Shown here: positions 53,780-63,175 of the stretch, one piece after another
How the letters are laid out: each line of letters opens with the position of its first letter
Position numbering within the stretch: the first letter of the stretch is position 1
DNA from: Candidatus Omnitrophota bacterium
GTDB taxonomy: Bacteria > Omnitrophota > Gorgyraeia > Zapsychrales > Fredricksoniimonadaceae
Direction: 5' to 3'
Length of the DNA: 64,000 nucleotides
NCBI GenBank assembly: GCA_037131245.1
Contig: JBAXRK010000001.1
Coordinates: 152,385-216,384 of the forward strand
Notes under the pieces: generated by a model
Seen by the model: only the letters and a program-made list of their open reading frames with translations
The model's database searches: none
Told to the model about the DNA's origin: nothing
Program-made: the position numbers and the translations under genes

Positions 53780-54157
53780 TTAAACTTTTTTCTCGCTACC
53801 CGGCTTAACCATCTTATGGGCAAAAGCCGCGATGACCTTACCTGATGCGAAAGCACCCCTTGAAACCATGCTATCGATCTTGGCCTTCTGTTTAACCAGA
53901 AAAGCGCCAACCACAGCCGGCTCTTTAACCGCCTCAACTGCCTTTTGGACAGCATTGGGCACAAGGTCAACAGCCGCCTGATCGCTGCTATGACTCTTTT
54001 TAACTAAGTCTAATACTGCTTTACGGGGGATGCGTTGATGGCCGCCAAGGGTGGCGGTGGATTCAAGTTTATGCTTCTTGACCCAGTTAAGAACGGTGAA
54101 ACGGGTGACGTGACAGATCTTGGCGGCTTCAGTAGTTGTTAAGTAATCGGTATGCAT
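53780..54157 (-). CDS. Excisionase/MerR-type HTH regulator, first gene of the cluster
   Basis: YLTTTEAAKICHVTRFTVLNWVKKHKLESTATLGGHQRI is paralogous to the HTH at 39909..40340. Confidence 0.7.
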   Translation of the reverse strand: MHTDYLTTTEAAKICHVTRFTVLNWVKKHKLESTATLGGHQRIPRKAVLDLVKKSHSSDQAAVDLVPNAVQKAVEAVKEPAVVGAFLVKQKAKIDSMVSRGAFASGKVIAAFAHKMVKPGSEKKV

Positions 54158-54217
54158 TCTTGCTGAGCCCTAAGTGGTTATCAATTAAACAATTAAGTGA
54201 GCGTTTTAAGATTTTCG

Positions 54218-54246
54218 AAGTATAAAGATTTGATAAAATTATGTCA
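54218..54246 (-). promoter_or_regulatory. Strong sigma70-type promoter candidate for the mam-like operon
   Basis: Minus strand reads TTGACAtaattttatcaaatcttTATACT (17-nt spacer) inside a 268-nt AT-rich gap, about 60 nt upstream of the ATG at 54157. Confidence 0.6.
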
Positions 54247-54425
54247 AGAAAACTTTATGGGGTGCCCCGGAATTTAAAAAGAGGAAATTGTTAAAATGGT
54301 TGAAGCCTTTAGAAGATAAAAATATTGATATTTTATCGACGGGACCAAAAGGAGGGGTCAACAGAAAGGAAAAGAAATGTTAGACAAGACAAACAATGGA
54401 TGGGGTGAGTAAAAGAGTGCGGCTG

Positions 54426-55397
54426 TTAGAAAACATTGAAATTGTTGAATCCGTCCGTTCGCAACTGGCGGATCGTGCCATCAACATTTTCAATGATCAG
54501 CGCTTCAACGTTTTCAACCATTCGCGCGAACGCTAATGCTTTCTCACCACCCATCACGCATAGCGCAGTTGACAGCTCATTGGCCGCTTGAGTGTTATTC
54601 GCAATGACCGTAACACTGGCCGCGCCGGTTTGCGGATACCCGGTCCTAGGATCAATAATATGGGCATAGCGAGTACCATCAATTGTTGAAAACTTCTCAT
54701 AATCACCGGATGTCGAGACCCCTTTGCCATCCAGTTTGATGTCCATCAGAACGCTTTCCTTATTAAAGGGATCCTGAATGCCGACTTTCCAGGGGAATTC
54801 AGCTTTATTAAGGCCGCGGGCGAAGATCTCCCCGCCGCCATCGACCATAAAGTGTTCTATTCCATATGTTTGCATAATTAGAGCCACTTCATCACAGAAG
54901 TAGCCGGAGGCGGGGCTGCCGAGGTCGATCATCATGCCCTGCTTTAAGAATTTGACTTTATCCGGCTCAAATTGTTGAAAATGTTGAAATCCGACTTTAC
55001 TTTTGGCGATCTCAAGGGAGTCTTTATCCGGCAGGCGGTTCTTGGCGGCGGCATTTTTCCATATCTTGACCAAAGGATAGATGGTCATATCGTAGGCGCC
55101 ATCGGTCAGTTGTGCGTATTTCAAGGATTGCTTCAGGATCTTGAACAGATCCGGATGGACCCGGGCGCCTTCAAAGCCAAGCTCATTGAGCCAGCTTAAA
55201 TTGCCTTCTTTCAGGCCCGCGTGAACATTCAAATTCTGCTGAATGCTCTCGGCTTTCTGCCAGATCGCCCTTGCGGCGCCGGCCATATCCACCCCGTCCC
55301 TATAGAAACAATGGGCCCAGATCGTGGTTCCGAAGTAAGGGCGAATCTCGTAGTATTCCTTCAAAATTGTTGAAATTGTGGAATCCTTTGCGGGCAT
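54426..55397 (-). CDS. apbE: FAD:protein FMN transferase (ApbE family)
   Basis: YFGTTIWAHCFY..., GAYDMTIYPLVKIW, MMIDLGSPASGYFCDEV, GGGEIFARG, VSTSGDYEKF...YAHIIDPRTGYP. No obvious signal peptide. Confidence 0.85.
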   Translation of the reverse strand: MPAKDSTISTILKEYYEIRPYFGTTIWAHCFYRDGVDMAGAARAIWQKAESIQQNLNVHAGLKEGNLSWLNELGFEGARVHPDLFKILKQSLKYAQLTDGAYDMTIYPLVKIWKNAAAKNRLPDKDSLEIAKSKVGFQHFQQFEPDKVKFLKQGMMIDLGSPASGYFCDEVALIMQTYGIEHFMVDGGGEIFARGLNKAEFPWKVGIQDPFNKESVLMDIKLDGKGVSTSGDYEKFSTIDGTRYAHIIDPRTGYPQTGAASVTVIANNTQAANELSTALCVMGGEKALAFARMVENVEALIIENVDGTIRQLRTDGFNNFNVF

Positions 55398-55457
55398 TCG
55401 TTAGTGTTGGGTCGATGCAGTCATCCGATGGCGAGGGGATATTGTCAGCTGCGAGTT

Positions 55458-55497
55458 CACGGCCATCCTTCAACTCTATTAGAAAGGGATGGCCGTG
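55458..55497. other. 11-bp perfect inverted repeat (hairpin) between the ion-channel gene and apbE
   Basis: CACGGCCATCC-18 nt-GGATGGCCGTG. No U-tract on the minus strand. Confidence 0.3.
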
Positions 55498-55546
55498 CTG
55501 TCTGAGCAGACGATAATATCCCCGAAGCCAAGCGGATGACCCAAGT

Positions 55547-56314
55547 TCAATATCTCAAATACTTCCTGCAGAGCCCGGTCAAATACAATGGGATCGTGAA
55601 TATCCCGATAAAGGCCTGAATGGTGGCCACGATCTTGGCCCCGCCTACCGGGGTGATGTTCTCAACGCCAACCCTGGTATAGCTGCTAAAGCTGAAGTAG
55701 AACGCCTGGGCAAAAGTCGGGGAAATAATAGTGCCGTCCTTATTAAGATGGCCAAGCATATAGCCAGCCGCACAAATAAGGATCAGGACCAACCCGAACC
55801 CCACTGTACGATGCGGGCGCTCCCCATGTCCCCATATAAGAGAAGCGAAGGTCAAGGTAAGGAGCGGCACGATACGTTTGCTAAAGAAAGCCAGGTTAAA
55901 GCCGATGGCCACATTTTCCTTGGTCTTTTTGGTGCGAAAAAGGTCCTGGACCAGAAAACGGCGATAGGCCTCCTTGGACTTAAAAAGGCACTCTGAAAGG
56001 GAAATATTGTCATGGTCCCGCTCATAAGCGACCGCGGCATACTTATAAAGCATGGAAGCATATTCCAGGTCTTTGCAGGCTTCGGCCTCGAGTGCGGCTT
56101 CCTCATATAAGCCGGCCACGCGATGGTAGGTCTTTTCCCCCAAAATAAGGGCCCGGCTGCTGGCGGAGGCGGCCAAACAAATAGCGGCCCGGTCATGCTT
56201 ATCCTGCCTTTGAAAAGCCTTGGCGGCCTGCAAATAACGCTCACCGGCTTCCGCGTACTTCTCTTCGCCTAATAGTTCGTGGGCTTCCTGTTCAAGGGTC
56301 TTTTTATCCGACAT
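55547..56314 (-). CDS. Ion-channel protein (two-TM pore domain) with N-terminal helical-repeat domain
   Basis: C-terminal FAQAFYFSFSSYTRVGVENITPVGGAKIVATIQAFIGIF resembles a K-channel pore helix and filter. Confidence 0.6.
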   Translation of the reverse strand: MSDKKTLEQEAHELLGEEKYAEAGERYLQAAKAFQRQDKHDRAAICLAASASSRALILGEKTYHRVAGLYEEAALEAEACKDLEYASMLYKYAAVAYERDHDNISLSECLFKSKEAYRRFLVQDLFRTKKTKENVAIGFNLAFFSKRIVPLLTLTFASLIWGHGERPHRTVGFGLVLILICAAGYMLGHLNKDGTIISPTFAQAFYFSFSSYTRVGVENITPVGGAKIVATIQAFIGIFTIPLYLTGLCRKYLRY

Positions 56315-56315
56315 A

Positions 56316-56648
56316 TTAGAAGCTCCTTAAGGCCTCTTGATGGCTTTCGAAGATCTTGAACAACTTATGGACCTTGGTGATCTCAAAGACATTCACGATC
56401 TTTTTATTCACATGGCACAGGCAAGCCCGGGCATTCACCTTGCCCAGGTTCTGGCAAACCTCGATCAAAGCCGCGATCCCCGAACTGTCAATAAAGGGCA
56501 CCTTGGCAAAATCGATAATGACCTTGGCATTGCGCTCCTTAAGGATCGCCTTGAAGGTCTCCTTGAACTTGTGGGTGCTTTCCATATTAAGCTCCCCATC
56601 AAGGACAATAAGCTGGATATCATTGATCTTTTCTAATTTAATGTCCAC
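56316..56648 (-). CDS. STAS-domain anti-sigma-factor antagonist (RsbV/SpoIIAA-like)
   Basis: 110 aa. ...IIDFAKVPFIDSSGIAALIEV... with the conserved phospho-serine context. Confidence 0.8.
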   Translation of the reverse strand: MDIKLEKINDIQLIVLDGELNMESTHKFKETFKAILKERNAKVIIDFAKVPFIDSSGIAALIEVCQNLGKVNARACLCHVNKKIVNVFEITKVHKLFKIFESHQEALRSF

Positions 56649-57057
56649 CGGTCCTGCCTCCCTTAAGCTTCATGACCATACGGATCGTACGGCCCCCGTT
56701 CAAAAATGCAACCTCATCCATGGTCTGGCGGATCAGATAAATGCCCCGGCCATGGCCTTTGCCAATATTTTCAGCCGCGGTCGGATCCGGCACCGCATTA
56801 ACATCGAACCCTTTGCCCTGATCGGCCACTTCGATCATGATCTGCTGCGGATCGGCCACGATCGAACAATGAACGGTCAGCGCCTTATTATCCTGATGAC
56901 CATGGCGGATCGCATTGATCAGCGCTTCCTGCAAACAAAGCTGTAAACCAAAAACCGCGTCCTCATTGAGTTTTAGGGGCCCAAGCTGTTTGAGCCAGCC
57001 CTTGATCGCGCCGGGCACTAGTTCCACATCTGAAGGCAGCCGGGCATCAATGGTCAT
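56638..57057 (-). CDS. Anti-sigma regulatory Ser/Thr kinase (RsbW/SpoIIAB-like, HATPase_c)
   Basis: QEALINAIRHG (N-box), DQGKGFD, GHGRGIYLI. Confidence 0.8.
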   Translation of the reverse strand: MTIDARLPSDVELVPGAIKGWLKQLGPLKLNEDAVFGLQLCLQEALINAIRHGHQDNKALTVHCSIVADPQQIMIEVADQGKGFDVNAVPDPTAAENIGKGHGRGIYLIRQTMDEVAFLNGGRTIRMVMKLKGGRTGGH

Positions 57058-58925
57058 TTTATCTTTACCACAACAATGGTGATATCGTCCTGTTGCCTGG
57101 GCTTGCCGCGGAATCGGGCCACATCCTCAATGATCGTGGTCAGGATCTGCCGGGCATCCAGATTGCGATGCCGCTCGACCAGTGCGGTGAGGCGCTCGAC
57201 TCCATACATCTCGCCCCGGGCATCGGCCGCTTCCGTCACGCCGTCCGTATAATAAATAAAGATGTCCTCGAGGTCAAATTTTTTCTCCCCACCCGTATAT
57301 TCGCCTTTCATCATGCCTAAAGGCAGGCCGTCCGTCACGTCCAGCGAAACGCCCGGCTGACCTTTGGCGACATGCAGCACTGGCATATGCCCGGCATTAG
57401 CGTAGAGCATGACCCGGCGCTTCATATCGAACAAAGAATAATAAGCAGTCACAAAACGGCCGGAGGCGTTCTCCGCCAAAAGCTTTTCATTAAGGTCCAG
57501 CAGCGTTTTCTGCGGCAGCACATCGGGTTTAGCAAAAAACCGGAACGCGCTCACCGCCATGCCCATGAACAAACTGGCGGAAAAGCCCTTGCCCATCACA
57601 TCCCCCACCATCACGCCCGCGATATCATCATTGAACTTATCGACCGTATAAAGATCGCCGCCCACTTCGCGCGCGGTCAGCATCATCGCGCCAATATCCA
57701 GGCCTTTGATCTCGGGCAGCGTGACCGGAATAAAACTTTCCTGCACCTGCTTGGCCAGGCGGAATTCATTATCGAGGATGATCTTTTCCTTAAAATGCAA
57801 AATAGAGCGGTACAGGATACAAATAACATAAAACCCGGCGCACACCAGAAGCGGATAATACATATCGAGCCAAAGCCCAAGCTTGTTGAAGACCATCACG
57901 CTGATGACCGCGAACACGGCCATGATCTCCAGGAGCATCCCGAAAGCATGTGAAGGCGTGGCCTTGATCGAGACCACCGCCACCAGCGCGCACAGCACGA
58001 GCAGAATGGCCAGGTTCAGCCCCCGGGACGCCCGGGCGATATATTTCTGATTAATGATCGAATTAAAAACATCGGCGTGAATACCGATGGACGGGTACAG
58101 CGGCTCGAGCGGGCTGGGATGAAGGTCGGTCGTCCCGTCGGCGGTAAGGCCTACCAGGCAAACCTTGCCTTTGAAGATGTTCAGGTCCAGGATGGTTTCT
58201 TTGCCCGCCGCCGATGCCTCCAGGATCTCCGCGTAAGAGTAATGATCGAACGAGTCCGCCCATTTTCCGGCGAAGTTCACGATCAAATTCCCGCTCTCAT
58301 CGAGCGGGATCTTATCCTTGCTTAAGTCGCGCTTAAGAAAATCCGCGCTCACCTGATACGCGATGGATGGGTATTTCGTCCCCTGATATTCGATGAACAG
58401 CGGGACCCGGCGAAACTTTCCGTCGATGTCGGGGATGACATTAATGTAACCCAGCGCCTTCGCGGCGCGGGCCAGCCCTTCTTGATTCTGCGACAAAATG
58501 CTTAGCGCGCGGGCACCCCGGCCTTCGGCCGCCGGCGCCAGTTCAAAAACATAAGGCAGATACACATTGCCGGCCAAGCGCATGGCGAGCTTGAACGCAT
58601 CGTCGCTGGCCTGCGGTTCACTAAAGAACATATCAAAGACCACCGCTTTAGCGCCGGCTTTGGAAAGCGCCTCAACCAGTTTGGCATGATAACCCCGGTC
58701 TATGGGGAAACGGCCGTATTTTTTGATGGTGTCATTATCGATCTCAACGATGACCACCTTGTCGGTGCGTTCAATGGAAGAGCGCAAGCGGAAACGCAGG
58801 TCAAGCGTATCAAGCTCGTTCTTTTCAAAGACACGGAGGTACGACCCGCCGGCGATCAGCGCGGTGGCGACGATAAGAACGAGAACCAGTATTTTTTCTT
58901 TGTAGTGAGCCGTCATATTAAACAA
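57054..58925 (-). CDS. CHASE2 sensor domain - membrane - PP2C/SpoIIE phosphatase (RsbU-like)
   Basis: N-terminal CHASE2 (VVIVEIDNDTIKKYGRFPIDRGYHAKLV), several TMs, C-terminal GGDLY...GDVMGKG...YTDGVTEA. Confidence 0.8.
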   Translation of the reverse strand: MFNMTAHYKEKILVLVLIVATALIAGGSYLRVFEKNELDTLDLRFRLRSSIERTDKVVIVEIDNDTIKKYGRFPIDRGYHAKLVEALSKAGAKAVVFDMFFSEPQASDDAFKLAMRLAGNVYLPYVFELAPAAEGRGARALSILSQNQEGLARAAKALGYINVIPDIDGKFRRVPLFIEYQGTKYPSIAYQVSADFLKRDLSKDKIPLDESGNLIVNFAGKWADSFDHYSYAEILEASAAGKETILDLNIFKGKVCLVGLTADGTTDLHPSPLEPLYPSIGIHADVFNSIINQKYIARASRGLNLAILLVLCALVAVVSIKATPSHAFGMLLEIMAVFAVISVMVFNKLGLWLDMYYPLLVCAGFYVICILYRSILHFKEKIILDNEFRLAKQVQESFIPVTLPEIKGLDIGAMMLTAREVGGDLYTVDKFNDDIAGVMVGDVMGKGFSASLFMGMAVSAFRFFAKPDVLPQKTLLDLNEKLLAENASGRFVTAYYSLFDMKRRVMLYANAGHMPVLHVAKGQPGVSLDVTDGLPLGMMKGEYTGGEKKFDLEDIFIYYTDGVTEAADARGEMYGVERLTALVERHRNLDARQILTTIIEDVARFRGKPRQQDDITIVVVKIK

Positions 58926-59916
58926 TTTGATACCTTGCCGAACGAGTGTGCCCTTTCTTGGCCACCACCCCGGCCGCGATCAAAGGCGCGATTAATTGAT
59001 GAACCCGGGCGCGATGAACTTTCATTGCCTGGCAGATATCCCCTGAACCCAAGACCCCCCGTTGGGTCAATAGATCAAGCAATTCGCGCTGCTTGGGTGT
59101 CCATTCCCGGCCATCCGTCTTTACGGAGCGCAGCCGCTCGGCCAAATTCTCCATCGACGTTTGCAGCCCCAAGGCAACATACTCGATCCAATGGGTATAA
59201 TCACGATCCATGTCATGTGTTTCCTGGATCATCTGATAATATTTCGCCCGGTCAGCCGCAAAATATTCATCCAAGCCCAGGGAATGCGCCGGGTCATATC
59301 CGCCTTGTAACAGGATCCATTGCGCTAAAGCCCGCGCCATGCGCCCGTTCCCGTCAATAAAAGGATGAATAGCCACCAATTCGTGGTGAAATATCGCGCT
59401 GCGAATGATCGGGTGTTCCTGCTTCGACTTTAACAACCAGGCCAGAAGCTCCCCCGTCCGCTTGACGACATCTTTCGGCAAAGGGGGCGTAAAGACAACC
59501 TGCTGTTTGGCGTTAACCACATAGTTTTGTACTTTGCGCCAACAACCTGAACGTTCGGCCGGCAATAAGCCTTTGGTCATTTGCGCGTGAAGCGTCAGGA
59601 TCCGTGCGGTCGTGCACGGCGACTTTTGGTGGCTCATGATCCAGCGCAACACCGCGATACAATTTTTTACTTCCGTCTTTTGCCTGGACTCGGCGGCAAT
59701 GTCTTTCCCGTCAACGAGCGCGGAAACTTGTGCCAGGGATAGCGTGTTCCCCTCGATCCAGGTTGAAGAATGCGCATCACGGCCGAGCGCGTCACGAGTG
59801 ACCTTGAGCCTTACCGGAGACCCGGAAGAAAGGCTTTTCAACGCGCCCGACAGAAGCGTCGTCCGCTCCAGGCAGGCCGAAAGATGCTTTGTTAAACGAT
59901 ATGTCGGGCTGAACAT
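58918..59916 (-). CDS. Fic-family protein
   Basis: Fic motif HPFIDGNGRMARAL. C-terminal wHTH-like tail. Confidence 0.85.
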   Translation of the reverse strand: MFSPTYRLTKHLSACLERTTLLSGALKSLSSGSPVRLKVTRDALGRDAHSSTWIEGNTLSLAQVSALVDGKDIAAESRQKTEVKNCIAVLRWIMSHQKSPCTTARILTLHAQMTKGLLPAERSGCWRKVQNYVVNAKQQVVFTPPLPKDVVKRTGELLAWLLKSKQEHPIIRSAIFHHELVAIHPFIDGNGRMARALAQWILLQGGYDPAHSLGLDEYFAADRAKYYQMIQETHDMDRDYTHWIEYVALGLQTSMENLAERLRSVKTDGREWTPKQRELLDLLTQRGVLGSGDICQAMKVHRARVHQLIAPLIAAGVVAKKGHTRSARYQIV

Positions 59917-60025
59917 GCCGTGATGCTAACACATTGTCTAGCATTTGTATAGTACATTGTATAGGATTGCGCGAATCTGGCGGAAGCTCGATCACGGGCG
60001 ATCCTGACATCCCAAAACAACATGC

Positions 60026-61012
60026 TCAAATCTTGTGCACCGTTAAATAGACCATGGTCTGATTGAGCAACTGGTAAGCCACTTCGCCGAAAGTAATAGG
60101 GCCGACGATGCCGCCGGTCTTTTTCCCCTCCAGCTCTGAATGGATAAAGTTCAGGATGCAATTGCAGGAAAAGACTATATGCCCGTCATCTTTAGGGATC
60201 TGGCGGGTAAACTCGCCGACATAATCGGCACAGGGAGCGGCCTGACGATACTTGAGCCCCTTCAGCAGCGGCGCGTAGAAATTGACCATGCGGCCCTTTT
60301 CATCAACACTCTGAAAACTCACATTGATCATGGCGCCGCAGAAATCCGCTACTAGCGGAAGCCGGGTATCGAGCTTCCGGGCAACCGCGTGCTCCGCCAG
60401 ATTGGCGCGCTGGCCGTTGATCAAAACATCTCCGGCGGAAAATGTATTCTCGAACACCTCATAAACATCGCCGTCACCCTGCTTAAAAATGTTAACAATG
60501 CCCATATCACAAACCCGGTCGTGCTTAAGCTCAACCCGCATCACGACCGCGTGGCGATCGGATAATTCACCCGTCATCCCGTTAAGCGTTTTCGGTGAGA
60601 CCTTCCCCAGGTCCGGCAGATAGACCCCCGAGATCCACCCGACCAGCGGGCGCATGCCGAAATCAGGGAATTGCGGGGCCTTAAGCGCGAACGCTAAATG
60701 GACCGGGCTTCCAGCCGGCAGGATCAGGAAAGTAAACCCATTGGCAGGCGCATCCGCGTAAACGCGGTCAATGTCCCGATCGTCATAAGACTGCACCGCG
60801 ACCTGTTGAACATCGTCGGGCAATTCGGTGACAAAGATCTTATCCCGCGAAATAACACCGCCTTCCGGCGAAATAAAATACGGGGTTGTCCCGCCGACCC
60901 AGTTTCCCCGGGGCAATTGCTTCAACAGGGCCTCATCACCCGCCAGGATCAACGCCTTGCCTTCGTTGATCATTCTGCCAACGTCAGCCACACCATGCAT
61001 AATAGAATTCAT
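60026..61012 (-). CDS. Conserved hypothetical protein (possibly FIST-like sensor; low confidence)
   Basis: 328-aa ORF. LPRGNWVGGTTPYFI is reminiscent of FIST-type proteins, but I cannot confirm this. Confidence 0.4.
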   Translation of the reverse strand: MNSIMHGVADVGRMINEGKALILAGDEALLKQLPRGNWVGGTTPYFISPEGGVISRDKIFVTELPDDVQQVAVQSYDDRDIDRVYADAPANGFTFLILPAGSPVHLAFALKAPQFPDFGMRPLVGWISGVYLPDLGKVSPKTLNGMTGELSDRHAVVMRVELKHDRVCDMGIVNIFKQGDGDVYEVFENTFSAGDVLINGQRANLAEHAVARKLDTRLPLVADFCGAMINVSFQSVDEKGRMVNFYAPLLKGLKYRQAAPCADYVGEFTRQIPKDDGHIVFSCNCILNFIHSELEGKKTGGIVGPITFGEVAYQLLNQTMVYLTVHKI

Positions 61013-61013
61013 G

Positions 61014-61250
61014 TCAGTTTACCTCCGACAACAGTTTCTCCAGGTCTTTTTGTACCGACGGCAAGGCCCGATTCTTTTCAAAAAGAAGATAGAAGGAACT
61101 GGCCAGAAGCTTTAACGTTGACGGATTCCGTTTATATTCAAGCTGCGCAAAGCCCAGGACCGTGCGCACGGTGATCGACTCGAACGGCACGACTTTAACG
61201 CCCGAAATAATATCTGCCCAAACATTACTGGCCTGTTGTGGTATCTCCAT
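61014..61250 (-). CDS. Hypothetical protein (78 aa)
   Basis: ORF abutting the downstream gene (2-nt gap). Confidence 0.4.
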   Translation of the reverse strand: MEIPQQASNVWADIISGVKVVPFESITVRTVLGFAQLEYKRNPSTLKLLASSFYLLFEKNRALPSVQKDLEKLLSEVN

Positions 61251-61283
61251 ACTATCCCACTCCTTTATTACCCCCGGATCGGG

Positions 61284-62354
61284 TCACGCCGGACTTTGCA
61301 CATACTCGGAATAACTGACATCTTTGAGGCTGACAAAAATAGGCATCGCCTTGACCAGTTTAAGATGCTTATACTCTTCCTGGGTGATCTCAACGTGAAT
61401 GCGCTCGCCGGTCTCAGTCTTCAAATTCACTTTCACGATCGTGCCAGCGGGATTCACATATTCCACCGTGGCCTTAAGCGACGAACCCTTACCCGGGCCG
61501 CGGGAAAGCTTGAACTGATTGGGGCGCACGTAAAGTTTCGCGTGCTTCGGCTGATCGACAGATAAGCCAGGAACCTCAAGTTCTGTGTCGCCGATGATCG
61601 CCTTGCCTTCTGCCAAACGGCAATGGAAGAAGTTCACATTGCCCAGAAAATTCAGAACAAAAGCATTAACAGGATTATGATAAACATCTTCCGGCGTGCC
61701 CACCTGCTCGATGCGCCCCTGGTTCATCACCACGATACGATCGGCAACCTCAAGAGCTTCTTCCTGGTCATGAGTAACAAACAACGTCGTTATATGCGCC
61801 TCGTCATGGAAGCGCCGCAGCCACATGCGCAGTTCCTTGCGCACCTGGGCGTCGAGAGAACCGAAAGGTTCGTCAAGAAGCAAGACGCGAGGCTTCACCG
61901 CTAAAGCGCGCGCGAGCGCGATGCGCTGCCGCTGCCCGCCGGAAAGCTGCCACGGATACCGATCGACCACCCATTCGAGCTGAATAAGTTTGAGCAGCTC
62001 CATGACTTTCGCCTGCACATCTTTCTGCGAAGGCCGTAAATGTTTCGGGAGGACCCGAAGCCCGAAAGCGATATTATCGAACACCGTCATGTGACGAAAC
62101 AAAGCGTAATGCTGGAACACAAAGCCGACGCCGCGGTCTTTCACTTTCTGGTCACGCGCGTCCTGCCCGCTGAAAAGGACCTGGCCTTCATCATGAAAAT
62201 CAAGACCGGCCACAATGCGCAGCAATGACGTTTTTCCGGAACCAGACGGCCCCAGAAGCGCCAGCAATTCGCCGTTATCGACCTTCAGGCTCACATTATC
62301 GAGCGCCTTGAACGCGCCGAACTTCTTGTGAATATTCTTAACTTCAATACTCAT
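61284..62354 (-). CDS. cysA: Sulfate/thiosulfate ABC transporter ATP-binding protein
   Basis: [35 protein letters not shown]-terminal TOBE-like domain. Confidence 0.88.
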   Translation of the reverse strand: MSIEVKNIHKKFGAFKALDNVSLKVDNGELLALLGPSGSGKTSLLRIVAGLDFHDEGQVLFSGQDARDQKVKDRGVGFVFQHYALFRHMTVFDNIAFGLRVLPKHLRPSQKDVQAKVMELLKLIQLEWVVDRYPWQLSGGQRQRIALARALAVKPRVLLLDEPFGSLDAQVRKELRMWLRRFHDEAHITTLFVTHDQEEALEVADRIVVMNQGRIEQVGTPEDVYHNPVNAFVLNFLGNVNFFHCRLAEGKAIIGDTELEVPGLSVDQPKHAKLYVRPNQFKLSRGPGKGSSLKATVEYVNPAGTIVKVNLKTETGERIHVEITQEEYKHLKLVKAMPIFVSLKDVSYSEYVQSPA

Positions 62355-63175
62355 GCCGAATGGCCTCTTTTGATCAGGGCCTCGATGACCGTTTTAACGA
62401 CCAGCGTCACGATCGCAAGCAAAGCCAAAATAGACGCCGCCGCAAAAGCCGCGGTCGACTGATATTCGTTATACAAGATCTCAATATGCAAGGGCAGCGT
62501 ATTGGTGAGCCCCCGGATATGGCCGGACACCACCGACACCGCGCCGAACTCGCCCATCGCGCGGGCATTGCACAAGATGATGCCGTACAAAATACCCCAA
62601 CGGATATTGGGCACCGAGATCATCCAGAACGTTTTCCAGCCGCTGGCGCCAAGCGTCAGCGCCGCCTCTTCTTCTTCATTGCCCTGCGACTTCATGATCG
62701 GGATAAGCTCGCGTGCCACCATCGGGAACGTCACAAAGATCGTCGCGAGGATAATGCCGGGCAAAGCAAAAACAATTCGGATATTGTGCTCAATAAGCCA
62801 GGGGCCGAAGAAACCCTGCGCGCCGAAGATCAGAATAAAGATCAACCCCGCGATAACCGGCGATACCGATAAAGGCAGGTCGATCAGGGACAATAAAAGG
62901 TCCCGTCCCTTAAAATCAAATTTGGCAATAGCCCAGGAAGCCGCGACACCGAAGACCAGGTTAAGCGGCACCGCGACCAACGCGGTGATCACGGTAAGTC
63001 TCATCGCCGCCAGCGCGTCGGGATTCTGCAATGACTTAAGATAAACCGCCCAGCCCTTATCGAAGGCATGATAAAAAACGCACGCCAGAGGCAACACAAT
63101 AAAAAGGCCGAAAAATACCAGCGCGATCGTCGTCAGAATATAGCGGATATAAGCCGGTTCCGTGCGCGAGTTCAT
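62351..63175 (-). CDS. cysW: Sulfate ABC transporter permease CysW
   Basis: Start moved to ATG 63175, which overlaps the cysT TGA (ATGA). EAA-loop region [22 protein letters not shown]. Confidence 0.85.
   Translation of the reverse strand: MNSRTEPAYIRYILTTIALVFFGLFIVLPLACVFYHAFDKGWAVYLKSLQNPDALAAMRLTVITALVAVPLNLVFGVAASWAIAKFDFKGRDLLLSLIDLPLSVSPVIAGLIFILIFGAQGFFGPWLIEHNIRIVFALPGIILATIFVTFPMVARELIPIMKSQGNEEEEAALTLGASGWKTFWMISVPNIRWGILYGIILCNARAMGEFGAVSVVSGHIRGLTNTLPLHIEILYNEYQSTAAFAAASILALLAIVTLVVKTVIEALIKRGHSA

Noticed and set aside
53680-53970. 96-aa minus-strand ORF from the track spanning the mamI-like / HTH junction
   Set aside because: It overlaps both the HTH gene and the 56-aa MamI-like ORF in a different frame. 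Its product is R/S/L-rich and it lacks an RBS. The two flanking genes explain the region better.
54158-55546. Genomic-island hallmarks (tRNA, integrase, IS or transposase, direct repeats) at the cluster borders
   Set aside because: None was recognised at either edge or around the fur / Bro-N islet. The cluster cannot be called a mobile island from this window. The AT-rich gap is better explained as a promoter region.
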